DNA from: Infirmifilum sp.
Lineage (GTDB): Archaea; Thermoproteota; Thermoprotei; Thermofilales; Thermofilaceae
NCBI GenBank assembly: GCA_041287245.1
Contig: JBEULP010000117.1
Location: 160,001 to 224,000 of the forward strand
Length of the DNA stretch: 64,000 bases
Direction of reading: 5' to 3'
Position 1 is the stretch's first letter, and every line of letters starts with the position of its first letter. Position numbers and translations under genes: made by a program. Positions 46,542 through 56,060 of this stretch are shown one piece after another. The notes beneath the pieces are model-generated. The model worked only from the letters and a program-made list of their open reading frames with translations. It did not search any database and was not told the DNA's origin.

Positions 46542-47810
46542 TTAAATCCAGCCTCTCAGCTTCATAGCATTGTATACTCGTTCAACAGCCAAGACGAACG
46601 CGGCGTCGCGCATCGTAACCCTCGTGTTCGGTCTCTCAGCCTTCAGCTTCTCCCAACGGTCTGCGGTGCGGTTGAAGTTTCTCTCCATTATCATGGCAAG
46701 TTTCTGCCTCGTCTCCTCCTCGTCCCAGAACCACCACTGGAGGTTCTCTACCCACTCCAGGTAAGACATTATTACGCCGCCGGCATTTGCGAGGATATCT
46801 GGAACAGCCGCGATGAAGTCTTTTCTCGAGTAGAGTATCTTTTCAGCCTCTAGGGTTGTTGGGCCGTTGGCCGCCTCAGTTATTAGCCTAGCCTTGACCT
46901 TGTGGGCGTTGTTTTCGGTGATTGTGTTTTCAATAGCAGCTGGGATTAGAATGTCTGCGTCTACGAATAGGGATGCTTCGGCATCGCTTATCTTATTGCC
47001 TTTGGGATAGTTTATCACCTTGCCTGTCTCGTTCTTTACTCTTATTGCAAGCTCCGGGTCTATACCATTAGGATCATATACCGTTCCAGAGGTGTCGCTA
47101 ACTGCTACTACTTTAGCTCCAAGGCGGGTGGCCCATAGAGCAGCGTATTGCCCAACGTTTCCAAAGCCGTGTATGGTGATTGTTTTACCCTCGAAGCCGC
47201 CCATCCACCGGTCAGCGGCGGCCTTCGCTGCGATCACCGTGCCATAACCCGTCGAGTAAAGTCGAACGGGGTTGCCCCACAGCTCCGGGGGTTTTGCCGT
47301 GAAAACAGCGGGAACATTATAGCCTTTTAGCTTGCTGTACTCGTCGACCATCCAAGCCATTATCTGTGGGTTTGTGTTAATGTCGGGGGCAGGTATGTCT
47401 TGCTCGGGACCAATGATAGTAGCGATAGCCCTAGCGTACCCTCGGCTTAGCTGCTCAAGTTCGCGTGCGCTCATCTTTTTAGGATCACATCGGACTGCGC
47501 CCTTTCCACCACCGTAGGGTATACCGGCTAGGGAGTTCTTTAGGGTCATTCCCATGGCTAGCGCCATGTCAGTTTCCAGGGTGACCTCGGGGTGAAATCT
47601 AATGCCACCCTTGTATGGTCCCAAAGCGTTGTTGTGCTGTACCCTATAACCCTCGTATACGACAAGCTTCCCGTTGTCCATTCTTACAGGGATCTTCACC
47701 ATTAAAACCCTGTCGGGCTTGCTTAGGTATTCGTAAACCTCCTGTGGGAGTCCAGCTAGTTCAATCGACTCTTTAAGCACTTTTAACATCCAGTCAAGAT
47801 ATGAAGACAT
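46542..47810 (-). CDS. gdhA: Glutamate dehydrogenase
   Basis: [28 protein letters not shown] and ANAGGV..SY.EW. Confidence 0.97.
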   Translation of the reverse strand: MSSYLDWMLKVLKESIELAGLPQEVYEYLSKPDRVLMVKIPVRMDNGKLVVYEGYRVQHNNALGPYKGGIRFHPEVTLETDMALAMGMTLKNSLAGIPYGGGKGAVRCDPKKMSARELEQLSRGYARAIATIIGPEQDIPAPDINTNPQIMAWMVDEYSKLKGYNVPAVFTAKPPELWGNPVRLYSTGYGTVIAAKAAADRWMGGFEGKTITIHGFGNVGQYAALWATRLGAKVVAVSDTSGTVYDPNGIDPELAIRVKNETGKVINYPKGNKISDAEASLFVDADILIPAAIENTITENNAHKVKARLITEAANGPTTLEAEKILYSRKDFIAAVPDILANAGGVIMSYLEWVENLQWWFWDEEETRQKLAMIMERNFNRTADRWEKLKAERPNTRVTMRDAAFVLAVERVYNAMKLRGWI

Positions 47811-47985
47811 TTTAGGTCAAGTTTTACATAAGGCAAGTTATATTTATATTTTTCTAATAAAAGCCTTAAAAACGAAAGCCTGATCGAATAGCAGATCATG
47901 ATGTAATAGCTTATAGGAGGACTTTTTTAATAAAAGTGGTTTAGAGGATAAATATTTAAAAATAAGAGAAGCCTCCAGTTTAAGT

Positions 47986-48336
47986 ATGGAGATATTCGAA
48001 ACAGTAATCCTAGCTGGAGTTGCTATAGCACTGAGTATTATGATCGCGTACTTCGTATCCGGTATCGTCTTTAATCAGACTCAGCTTGAACTACTAAGCA
48101 TATCCTACTCACTTCAAGGGAACCGCACGCTCACCATATACTTGAAAAACCAGGGCACCAAGCCTACAAGTGTTATATTAGTTAAAGTCGGCGAGAAAGC
48201 TTATCCTCAAAATCTCTATATTCAACCCGGTGCTACAGCCACGTTGACGCTTCCACTGGAGGACGAGAAACCCCTTTATGATGTAAGGGTTGTCACGTCC
48301 TCGGGAGTTGAGTACCCCCTTTTGGTAAAAGCTTAG
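47986..48336 (+). CDS. Archaeal pilin-like protein with no evident class III leader
   Basis: TVILAGVAIALSIMIAYFVSG helix, then ELLSI...IYLKNQG...PG...Y.VRVVTSSG..Y. Confidence 0.7.
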   Translation: MEIFETVILAGVAIALSIMIAYFVSGIVFNQTQLELLSISYSLQGNRTLTIYLKNQGTKPTSVILVKVGEKAYPQNLYIQPGATATLTLPLEDEKPLYDVRVVTSSGVEYPLLVKA

Positions 48337-48388
48337 TTTTATGCATTGTTTAACAAAACATTTATGCTTCTTCACGTGAAACATTACG

Positions 48389-49336
48389 ATGGAATACACT
48401 TTCCTCGGGAATACAGGGGAGAAGATTTCGAGAATAGGGCTAGGCGCATGGCAGTTTAGCGAAAGCTGGGGCGTGACGGAGTACGAGGCTGCTAAGAGGG
48501 TCATCCAGGAAGCTGCGGTTCTGGGAATAAACCTTATCGATACAGCTGAGGTTTACGGCAGAGGAATGAGCGAGCAGTTTATAGGAAAAGCCCTTAAGGA
48601 ACTCGGCTTAAAAGGGCAGTTCCTGATTGCCACGAAGATACCCGGTGATTTTCTCGCGGAGCACGACGTTTACCGTGCTGTTGAAAAGAGCCTTAGCAGG
48701 CTACAGGTAGATACGATTGACCTGATGCAGGTTCACTGGCCCCCATGTTGGCATAATATTCCAACCTGCGAGTATATGAGAGCATTGGAGAAACTGGTAC
48801 ACCTCGGCAAGATCAGGTATATTGGGCTCAGCAACTTCCCGCCAATTTTAGTGGAGGAGGCTAGGTCGTGCCTCTCAACGGAGGATGTTGTTTCCCTGCA
48901 AGTAAGGTATAATCTTGTTGAGAGGGATGCTGAGAAGGAGATCATCCCATACGCTGAGAGTGAAGGTCTCACAGTTTTAGCATGGAGCCCGTTAGCTAAA
49001 GGCGCGGTCTCTGGAAAATATACGCCTGATAACCTGCCAAAATTCGAGGATGTAAGAAGCGGGGAGGCTGTTTTTCACCCTGAGAATTTTGCACAGGTGT
49101 ACAAGGTTGTGCAGGTTCTGGAGGAGATAGGCAAGAAGTACAACAAGACACCTGTACAAGTAGCTTTAAACTGGCTAGTTATGTCAAGCCCTACCGTTGT
49201 TCCAATACCCGGTGCTAAGAGTCAGGATCAGGTTACGAGCAATGCCGGCGGTGTGGGCTGGAGGATGGGGTTTGAAGACTGGTTGAAGATTGAAGAGGCT
49301 AGTAGAGGCGTTAAAATAACTAGAGTTCTCTGGTAA
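48389..49336 (+). CDS. Aldo/keto reductase
   Basis: IGLGAW, IDTAEVYG, IATK, HWP, IGLSN and WSPLA.G. Confidence 0.95.
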   Translation: MEYTFLGNTGEKISRIGLGAWQFSESWGVTEYEAAKRVIQEAAVLGINLIDTAEVYGRGMSEQFIGKALKELGLKGQFLIATKIPGDFLAEHDVYRAVEKSLSRLQVDTIDLMQVHWPPCWHNIPTCEYMRALEKLVHLGKIRYIGLSNFPPILVEEARSCLSTEDVVSLQVRYNLVERDAEKEIIPYAESEGLTVLAWSPLAKGAVSGKYTPDNLPKFEDVRSGEAVFHPENFAQVYKVVQVLEEIGKKYNKTPVQVALNWLVMSSPTVVPIPGAKSQDQVTSNAGGVGWRMGFEDWLKIEEASRGVKITRVLW

Positions 49337-49379
49337 CCAAACATTAAACATATTTATTTGTCATATATATTCTAACTCG

Positions 49380-49694
49380 ATGAGCGAGAACATTGAAGTT
49401 GAAATTATTAGACCAGTAAACCCAGCAGGCGTCAGCTTCATAAAGTATCTTTGGGGCGCTATTGGTGCGAGAAACCGGACAGTGCTGCAAGAATATAGGA
49501 GAGAACTAACCCGGCTTATTCAGAGACTAGGTTTCATGCTCGAGGAAAAGATTGGAACCAACAAGCTAATAACTGGTAAAATAGTTCTGGACCTTCAAAA
49601 CGGAAAGCCCGTGAAAATAACTGCAAAGGAGCTAAGAATTTGGCAAGAGACTGGCAGCTTTCCTGATGCGATAACAGCTGAGCTTAAAGAGTAG
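49380..49694 (+). CDS. Hypothetical protein, possibly ThermoDBP/DUF2258-like
   Basis: Leaderless ORF; PAGVSFIKYLWGAIG...IVLD.QNG. Confidence 0.7.
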   Translation: MSENIEVEIIRPVNPAGVSFIKYLWGAIGARNRTVLQEYRRELTRLIQRLGFMLEEKIGTNKLITGKIVLDLQNGKPVKITAKELRIWQETGSFPDAITAELKE

Positions 49695-49777
49695 AATCAA
49701 AACTTTTTCATTTATGATATTTTTTCTTAAATATTTTCTTAGCAAAACCTATAAGCAATCAGAATATCTCTTCACGT

Positions 49778-51118
49778 ATGACCGAGCTTAAACGCGAACT
49801 TGGTCTAGGCTACGCTACGCTCTTCGGGATCGGGCTAATCCTTGGCGCTGGGATTTACGTTTTGGTGGGACGCGCTGCTGGGCTTGTAGGAGACGCTGTA
49901 TGGATGAGCGTTGCGTTTTCAGGTATAATCGCTCTTGCTACAGCTTTCTCATATGCTGAGCTTTCTTCCATGTTTCCAACAGCAGCAAGCACACATACAT
50001 ACATTGAAAAAGCTTTCCCGAATCTACGCATACTCGCCTTTGTCTCGGCTTGGCTCATATTCTTCGGCGGCGTGGCGGGCGCTGCCACTGCAAGCTTGGG
50101 TTTTGCAGGTTATTTTGTAAGTATAGCAGGGCTGGGAAGCGAGTATATTGTGCCTGTAACAATCATATTGCTCATACTTCTCACAATTCTGAATTGGTGG
50201 GGAATTAAGGAGAGCGCGGGGCTTTCAGCAGTCTTCACGATAATCGAGGCTTCAGGGCTTATATTTGTCGCGGCACTCGGCTTCTTATTTCCGGTGAGGC
50301 AACCTAACTATTTATCCTTTAACCCCAGTGTTAACCCGATTCTAGCCGTGATGGTTGGGGCATCTATCTTTTACTTCGCATATACTGGCTTCGAGTACCA
50401 ACCAACCCTTAGTGAAGAGACTAAGAACCCTGAGAAAATCGTGCCCAAAGCTATTGTTCTGGCTATAGCTGTCACAACAATAATCTACCTGCTCGTAGCG
50501 ATGGCTATCGTCCGGCTTATGAGATGGGATGAGCTAGCCCACAGTAAGGCACCAATGGCTGAAGCAGCATCTCGTGTATGGCCGGCATCCTATGCCTTGC
50601 TCTCAGGCATAGCCTTATTTGCCACAACTAATACTGTACTCGGATTTCTGGTTTCAGCGTCGAGGCTCGCCTTTGGGTTAGCCGAAGAGGGTGTTGTCTC
50701 GAGCTCGTTTATCAAGCTTGACAGTTGGCGTAAGACGCCATACTTTTCAGTGGTTTTTACTGGCGTCTTATCTATTGTTCTTGTACTCCTAACAGATTAT
50801 CTGCCACAGGTGACAGGCTGGAAGCTAACATTCGGTGGATACCAATACGAATTGATTGACCTTGTAGGCAAGACTGCCAGTTTATCTGTTCTGCTTGCCT
50901 TTATATTAGTGAACATGTCAGTCGTGTATTTAAGGATCAAAGAGCCTCAGAAAAAGAGGCACTTTAGCGTTCCCCTATCCATAAATAATATACCAGTCCT
51001 GCCAATATTAGCAGACGTCCTAATAATCACATTTATAGCTATCAGCTTTAACGATTGGATTGTTTGGCTCAGTACAATTCTTGTCTCGCTGTTAGGGCTC
51101 TTATTATATAAAAAATAA
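49778..51118 (+). CDS. APC-family amino acid permease
   Basis: LKRELG, GAGIY, YAELSS.FP, FAYTGFE and EETKNP; about 12 TM. Confidence 0.95.
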   Translation: MTELKRELGLGYATLFGIGLILGAGIYVLVGRAAGLVGDAVWMSVAFSGIIALATAFSYAELSSMFPTAASTHTYIEKAFPNLRILAFVSAWLIFFGGVAGAATASLGFAGYFVSIAGLGSEYIVPVTIILLILLTILNWWGIKESAGLSAVFTIIEASGLIFVAALGFLFPVRQPNYLSFNPSVNPILAVMVGASIFYFAYTGFEYQPTLSEETKNPEKIVPKAIVLAIAVTTIIYLLVAMAIVRLMRWDELAHSKAPMAEAASRVWPASYALLSGIALFATTNTVLGFLVSASRLAFGLAEEGVVSSSFIKLDSWRKTPYFSVVFTGVLSIVLVLLTDYLPQVTGWKLTFGGYQYELIDLVGKTASLSVLLAFILVNMSVVYLRIKEPQKKRHFSVPLSINNIPVLPILADVLIITFIAISFNDWIVWLSTILVSLLGLLLYKK

Positions 51119-51165
51119 CGGGACTTTTTTCAAAGAAAAACGATAAATAGCCTTAGCATGTAACA

Positions 51166-51223
51166 GGTGTGTGATGAGGGTTTCTGGTTCTGAGGGATGA
51201 GGAGAGCTTGATTGTCTGAGTTC
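51166..51223 (+). ncRNA. Box C/D methylation-guide sRNA
   Basis: GTGATGA (C, 51171-77), GGGTTTCTGGTT (12 nt), CTGA (D', 51190-93), GGG, ATGAGGA (C', 51197-203), GAGCTTGATTGT (12 nt), CTGA (D, 51216-19). GAAAAA-CGATAAATA BRE/TATA upstream; ends approximate. Confidence 0.9.
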
Positions 51224-51277
51224 CTTCCCCCTCGGAAAGTTTTTATCATTGCAAGGCTAGGAAAGTGCAGTCGGTTT

Positions 51278-51628
51278 ATGGCTGAACAACTCGAGAAGGT
51301 TAAGAAAGAGGTAGAGATATTCCTCAAAACTAACAAGCAATACCTTGGCGTTATAATAAAGGATGGTAGCAACGTTATTGTCATGGGAGACATAAAGAGG
51401 GAGCTATTAGAGATACTAGTGGATATTACTAGTTTTATAGCCTCTACTTTTAAGCAACTGAACGTAGGTTCCCCTAGATATTTTGTGGCTGAGAGCGATA
51501 AGGGTGGTGTTGGTTATGGCAAATATGGCTTCGACAAGGTTCTCATAGTTTACTATAGAAATACTCCTCTCGGAACAGTTATGTATGACCTTAAGAATTT
51601 AGCTCAAAAGCTTGCCAATTTAACATAG
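51278..51628 (+). CDS. Roadblock/LC7-like protein
   Basis: Helix, GVII.DG..I, helix ending QLNVGSP.YF..E...G, and C-terminal LG.VMYDLK..A.KL. Start at ATG 51278 with TTTTAT upstream. Confidence 0.72.
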   Translation: MAEQLEKVKKEVEIFLKTNKQYLGVIIKDGSNVIVMGDIKRELLEILVDITSFIASTFKQLNVGSPRYFVAESDKGGVGYGKYGFDKVLIVYYRNTPLGTVMYDLKNLAQKLANLT

Positions 51629-51632
51629 GGGG

Positions 51633-52154
51633 TTGCAGTTGAGGGTTATTGGGATAGCCTGCCTAGGCACTGAGCCCCCTGATTATCTCGTAGAAAAAGC
51701 CGTTAGCTTCGTGCGAGAGCTAAAGAACCTGTGTAAAGAAGAGGTATTTCTAGCCCTTGGCGGCTACTGGGGCTTGATGAAGAGGGTGGTTGACGAGGCC
51801 ATCGCCGCTGGTTTTCGCGTTGTTCTTTTTCCCCCTCTTGAGCGGGAAAGCGAGATTTTTCCGGATCAGGCGTTAGTTGTGAAGACAGGAATGGGATACC
51901 GGCTTAGAAGCGTTATCTTCGTGAGGACCGTTGATGTACTCGTGGCGCTTGGGGGTGAGGCAGGCACTATTCAGGAGGTAATTACAGCTTACCTTGAGGG
52001 TAAGCCCGTGCTTGTTCTAGGCGAAACGGGTTTCGCCTCCGATAAGCTGAAGATATTCGCGCCCTACGTGGATTCACGGAAAACCGTAGGGGTAAAAATA
52101 GTATCTGAGCCGAAAAAGCTAGCTGTTGAAGCCTGCGGGCTGGCTAACCGTTAA
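51633..52154 (+). CDS. LOG/SLOG-family nucleotide-binding protein (TIGR00725-like)
   Basis: GGYWGLM, TGMG..RS and GGEAGTIQE...AY..GKP. Confidence 0.88.
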   Translation: MQLRVIGIACLGTEPPDYLVEKAVSFVRELKNLCKEEVFLALGGYWGLMKRVVDEAIAAGFRVVLFPPLERESEIFPDQALVVKTGMGYRLRSVIFVRTVDVLVALGGEAGTIQEVITAYLEGKPVLVLGETGFASDKLKIFAPYVDSRKTVGVKIVSEPKKLAVEACGLANR

Positions 52155-52797
52155 ATGCCCTGTCTCCAGCGTCGCCAAGCCCTGGTATGATGAAAGCTTT
52201 TGAGTTGAGTTCAGGGTCTATTGCAAAAGTATACAAGGAGGCGTGTGGAGCCACCTCGAACAATCGTTTTATGCCAACTTGCGTCGAAATCAATGTTGCG
52301 ACGATTAGATGTTGTGGTCTGGCAGTCTCCAAGACGCGACTAACGACTCTTTTCATAGTTGACCCTGTAGCCAGCATGGGGTCGACAATTACAGCTATTT
52401 GAAAGTCTTCGGGTAGAGACGCGTAATTAACATCAACGTCTAGGTCGAGGTTTAAGGAAGATCCTTCTTTAACTTCTCTCCTTTTAGCAGATATGAATCC
52501 TACGGCGGCATTCTCGTAGATTTCAAGCAACCCCCAAACCATCGGTAGGGCCGCCCTTAAAACTGCGATTATTGCTAGCTTGGTGAATTCAAAGGCTTTA
52601 GCCTCAGCCTCGAGGGGTGTCTTAACAACACGTTCTTCAAGCGGTACCTCTGTGCTTATCTCTACAGCTGTAATAAACCCTGCTTTCTGTAGAAGTCTCC
52701 GAAACTCGGGGGTTGGAGTGTTTTTATCGCGAAGCTTAGAGAGCAATACCCTAGCTGCTGGGTTATCAATTACCCTTATGCTACCCGTTGAAACCAC
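52144..52797 (-). CDS. upp: Uracil phosphoribosyltransferase
   Basis: LRD..T...FR, VLRAA, VDPMLATGST and PGLGDAGDR. Confidence 0.96.
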   Translation of the reverse strand: MVSTGSIRVIDNPAARVLLSKLRDKNTPTPEFRRLLQKAGFITAVEISTEVPLEERVVKTPLEAEAKAFEFTKLAIIAVLRAALPMVWGLLEIYENAAVGFISAKRREVKEGSSLNLDLDVDVNYASLPEDFQIAVIVDPMLATGSTMKRVVSRVLETARPQHLIVATLISTQVGIKRLFEVAPHASLYTFAIDPELNSKAFIIPGLGDAGDRAFNG

Positions 52798-52911
52798 TTG
52801 AGTGAACGGTGTTATACTAGAAAAAGCTATCGTCTGTGTTCGAAAAAGGCTTCAGGTAGAGCTTACGATGAAAAACCTAAGGTTTATATCTGGTAACTAG
52901 ATTCTACTCGC

Positions 52912-53805
52912 GTGAAGGTAGCTCCCGAATGCATACCTTGCATCTTTAACGTTCGTGCGAAGGAGATTTTAAACTCTAACCTTAGCGATACTGAGAAAAT
53001 TGAAGCATTCAAGGTTTTCCTAGAATACTACGCTACAAAAGTCTCTCCTGAAACCACTACCACCCTTTTAAGCTGGCAGGCTTTCAGAAAGGTGAAGGAG
53101 ATACTCCGAGAGCAAGATCCCTACGCCTCTTTTAAAAAAGCCTCTCATGAAGCTGCGTTGAAAATAGCGAGTTTTTTAGAGAGGGAGGTTGAGGGGAAAT
53201 TAGGTTTCGCCCGTTTTCATTTTATAGTAAAGGCGAGCTTAGCGGCTAACTACATCGATCCTGGAACTCCTATTGGAGTCGGCCCGGAACATCTAAGCGA
53301 GAAAATTAACAGTTTGAAGCTAGGGGTGGACGAGACTGAAAAGCTTTACATGAAGCTTTTGCAGAGCGGGAAAGTTGCATTCGTGCTAGATAACTGCGGG
53401 GAAGCTGTTATAGATCGGATCCTTGCTGAAGAGTTGAATCGTATGGGCATTGAAGTTAGGCTTATCGTTAAAGGAGATCCTTATCAGAATGATATTACAT
53501 ACAAGGAGGCTATTGAGTACGAGTTTAACAAGGTTGGCGAGGTTGTAAGCACTGGGAGTGATTTCCCAGGCGTCGTACCAGGTTATGTCTCGCAGGAAGC
53601 TGTCGACACTTTAAACTGGGCTGATATTGTTATAGCTAAAGGCATGGCAAACTACGAGGCTTTCCGCATGAAGCTTCCCGAAAAACCAGTCTTCATTATG
53701 CTTGTAGCGAAGTGCGACGTTATTGCTAGATCCGTTGGTGTCAGCAAGGGGGAAGCAGCAGCCTTCTTCCTACAAGGCTCTCCTAGCTTGTCGAAACTCC
53801 TCTAG
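52912..53805 (+). CDS. ARMT1/DUF89 damage-control phosphatase
   Basis: ECIPC, DPY...K, N.ID, DNCGE, ND and AKGMANYE. Confidence 0.92.
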   Translation: MKVAPECIPCIFNVRAKEILNSNLSDTEKIEAFKVFLEYYATKVSPETTTTLLSWQAFRKVKEILREQDPYASFKKASHEAALKIASFLEREVEGKLGFARFHFIVKASLAANYIDPGTPIGVGPEHLSEKINSLKLGVDETEKLYMKLLQSGKVAFVLDNCGEAVIDRILAEELNRMGIEVRLIVKGDPYQNDITYKEAIEYEFNKVGEVVSTGSDFPGVVPGYVSQEAVDTLNWADIVIAKGMANYEAFRMKLPEKPVFIMLVAKCDVIARSVGVSKGEAAAFFLQGSPSLSKLL

Positions 53806-53876
53806 CCCTCCAAGATCGCTAAATATTTGTTTGTGAATGATGTCTTATCAGATGCATCCAAAAGCGTCGGGATAAA

Positions 53877-54716
53877 ATGGAAAAATCGAGTTTAGTTGAA
53901 AAAGCCCGTGAAATCTATAAGGACATTCCCATCGATTCATCTTCTCTTGAAACCTATGTAAAGCTTATGGAATTGCAAGAGAACTTACAGGGGCGTTTTC
54001 TCGAGAAATACACGGATGTTGACATTGAGAAGATAACTTCTTTGATGCGCGAGAATACACCTGCTTTTCTGGCAGTAGACCTAGGCCTAGATGAAGAGGA
54101 GCTAGGAGAAACTTTAAAGGCTATAACAGGCATGCTAAAAAAGGAACTCCCAGATACCGCAAAGTCTCTTGAGCGTTTAGAACAGGCATGGGATGATAAA
54201 GAACTAAGCATGGTTCAACTAGGGGAGAGTCTACTTCAAGGGGAGATAGCTTACGCTTATAAAAAAGCCGAGGAACTAGGAGTCGACCCTGAAATCTTGG
54301 AAGCCGTGGCGGCATGGGTCATACAGGTTTTGTTTCAAGCGTTAGAGAAGAAAATAAGTGAGAAAACAGACTTTTCTGAGTGGAAACTTGGGAGGTGTCC
54401 CGTCTGCGGCGGCACTACTAGGCTTGAATATATAGACGAGCTCGGAGCTACACATTTAAAGTGTCAGTTCTGCGGAGCAGAATGGAACTATCCCAATGGA
54501 AAGTGCCCTAACTGTGGGAATGATCAGGCTCAAGGGATAACAGTAATACCAACCGACGAGAACAAGAGGTTCACGCTTAACATCTGCCACGAGTGCGGGA
54601 TGTACTGGAAGGTTGTAGATGAACGTGTAGTGGGACACGATATACCAAGAAAGCTCTACGACTTGTGGACTTTCAAGCTTGATTTGATTGCTAGCGGAGA
54701 GAAAAATCGGCAATAG
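53877..54716 (+). CDS. fdhE: Formate dehydrogenase accessory protein FdhE-like
   Basis: W..GRCPVCG, CQFCG.EW, CPNCG and CHEC..Y.K. Confidence 0.85.
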   Translation: MEKSSLVEKAREIYKDIPIDSSSLETYVKLMELQENLQGRFLEKYTDVDIEKITSLMRENTPAFLAVDLGLDEEELGETLKAITGMLKKELPDTAKSLERLEQAWDDKELSMVQLGESLLQGEIAYAYKKAEELGVDPEILEAVAAWVIQVLFQALEKKISEKTDFSEWKLGRCPVCGGTTRLEYIDELGATHLKCQFCGAEWNYPNGKCPNCGNDQAQGITVIPTDENKRFTLNICHECGMYWKVVDERVVGHDIPRKLYDLWTFKLDLIASGEKNRQ

Positions 54717-54732
54717 GGATTAGGGTTTACAA

Positions 54733-56058
54733 CTACCCTGAAACAGTGACTCCTCCGAAGAGCACGTCTGGAGTGTAAATCCCTGTATAAGTGTTTTTCA
54801 CATTATGTGCCGGTTTGAGCGTATTAGCAATGGCGTAAATATTTCCTGATACTGTGACAGGTTTGACAGGGATAAGCTCACCGCCCCTCACAATATACGG
54901 GTTAGAAGCGACAACGCTAAAGTTACCCGTGATGTAATTAACAGTATGTACGCTTAGAAGGGAGCCATCAATAACGAGCAGAGAGTCGGAGATAAGGTCC
55001 TCCTCTTTTTGTTTGCCTCCTTTAACGATCAAGTTTGAACTAGATATCCCGACGATGCCTCTTCCTTTACTCGCGTTTCCGGTTGACGAAACCTTCATCC
55101 TCCTCGCCGTATAGTTATTATGCAAGAAGGACCGGAGTGTTCCTCTATCGACAAGAATTGTTTTTCTCCTAGGTATACCCTCTGCATCGAACATTGAAGT
55201 AGATAAACCTCCCGGCATAGTACCGTCGTCTATTATTGTAAGATCACCTAGAACCTTTTCTCCAATCTTATCTTTTAAGGGACTAAACCCCTCCAGGACG
55301 TTCAAGGCGTTGAATGCGGGTAACAACAGGTATGAGATAAGACTTGAGAGAGGCTCCGCGCGGAACAACACGTTACCCGAGAGTGTCTGTCCAAGTCGTT
55401 CAGCCTTAAGACTGTCAAGGGCCAAGGTTTTTGCTTTTTCGAGCATAGCCGCCGTGTCATAAATAAAGCTTCGCGAGGCGATCCAGGCGCTACCTGTTCC
55501 CTCGCGCGATCCGTCCGAGGACTTCAGCCATGCAAAGAGCTCCATACTTGTTCCTCGATCCTCAGCCTTTACACCTCTAGTGTTGTAAGTGTAGTACTTC
55601 ATTACTGTGAGAGATCCTCCTATAGCCCCAACTTTAATTCGGGGGTCTATGTGTTCAGCCTCCACAATGATATCCTTTACTATATCTGCTAACTGTTGAA
55701 GCTCTAAGGAGGCAACCCCCTCATCATATCCTACCCAGCTGTGCCTCGCAGGCTCTGGATCAGGCAACGCCTCCCAGTGGAGATCTTCTTCACTCTTCTT
55801 AGCCATTTCCACAGCACTAGCTATTGTCTTTTCCATGACACTCCAGTCAGCAGAGGTTGCAGTAGCTATGGCGATTCTCTTACCCTGAGCCACTCTTACC
55901 CAAACCTCGGTGGCAACCTGAGAAAGTATCTTGGGATAAGGCCCCTCGGATTTAACAGTCTTAGACATGGCTGTCGAAACGCTTACTTCAGCCTCGCTGG
56001 CTCCTAGCTCCAGAGCGCGCTTGAGAGCTTTATCAATAAGATACGCGTGCTCCCCCAT
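54733..56058 (-). CDS. TldE/PmbA-family protein
   Basis: FDAEG, STGNA and N.ITGNFS; no HExxH. Confidence 0.92.
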   Translation of the reverse strand: MGEHAYLIDKALKRALELGASEAEVSVSTAMSKTVKSEGPYPKILSQVATEVWVRVAQGKRIAIATATSADWSVMEKTIASAVEMAKKSEEDLHWEALPDPEPARHSWVGYDEGVASLELQQLADIVKDIIVEAEHIDPRIKVGAIGGSLTVMKYYTYNTRGVKAEDRGTSMELFAWLKSSDGSREGTGSAWIASRSFIYDTAAMLEKAKTLALDSLKAERLGQTLSGNVLFRAEPLSSLISYLLLPAFNALNVLEGFSPLKDKIGEKVLGDLTIIDDGTMPGGLSTSMFDAEGIPRRKTILVDRGTLRSFLHNNYTARRMKVSSTGNASKGRGIVGISSSNLIVKGGKQKEEDLISDSLLVIDGSLLSVHTVNYITGNFSVVASNPYIVRGGELIPVKPVTVSGNIYAIANTLKPAHNVKNTYTGIYTPDVLFGGVTVSG

Positions 56059-56060
56059 TG

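Noticed and set aside
51212..51277. TTG-started extension of the roadblock ORF
   Set aside because: It overlaps the sRNA D box and a likely TATA; the ATG at 51278 fits the domain start.
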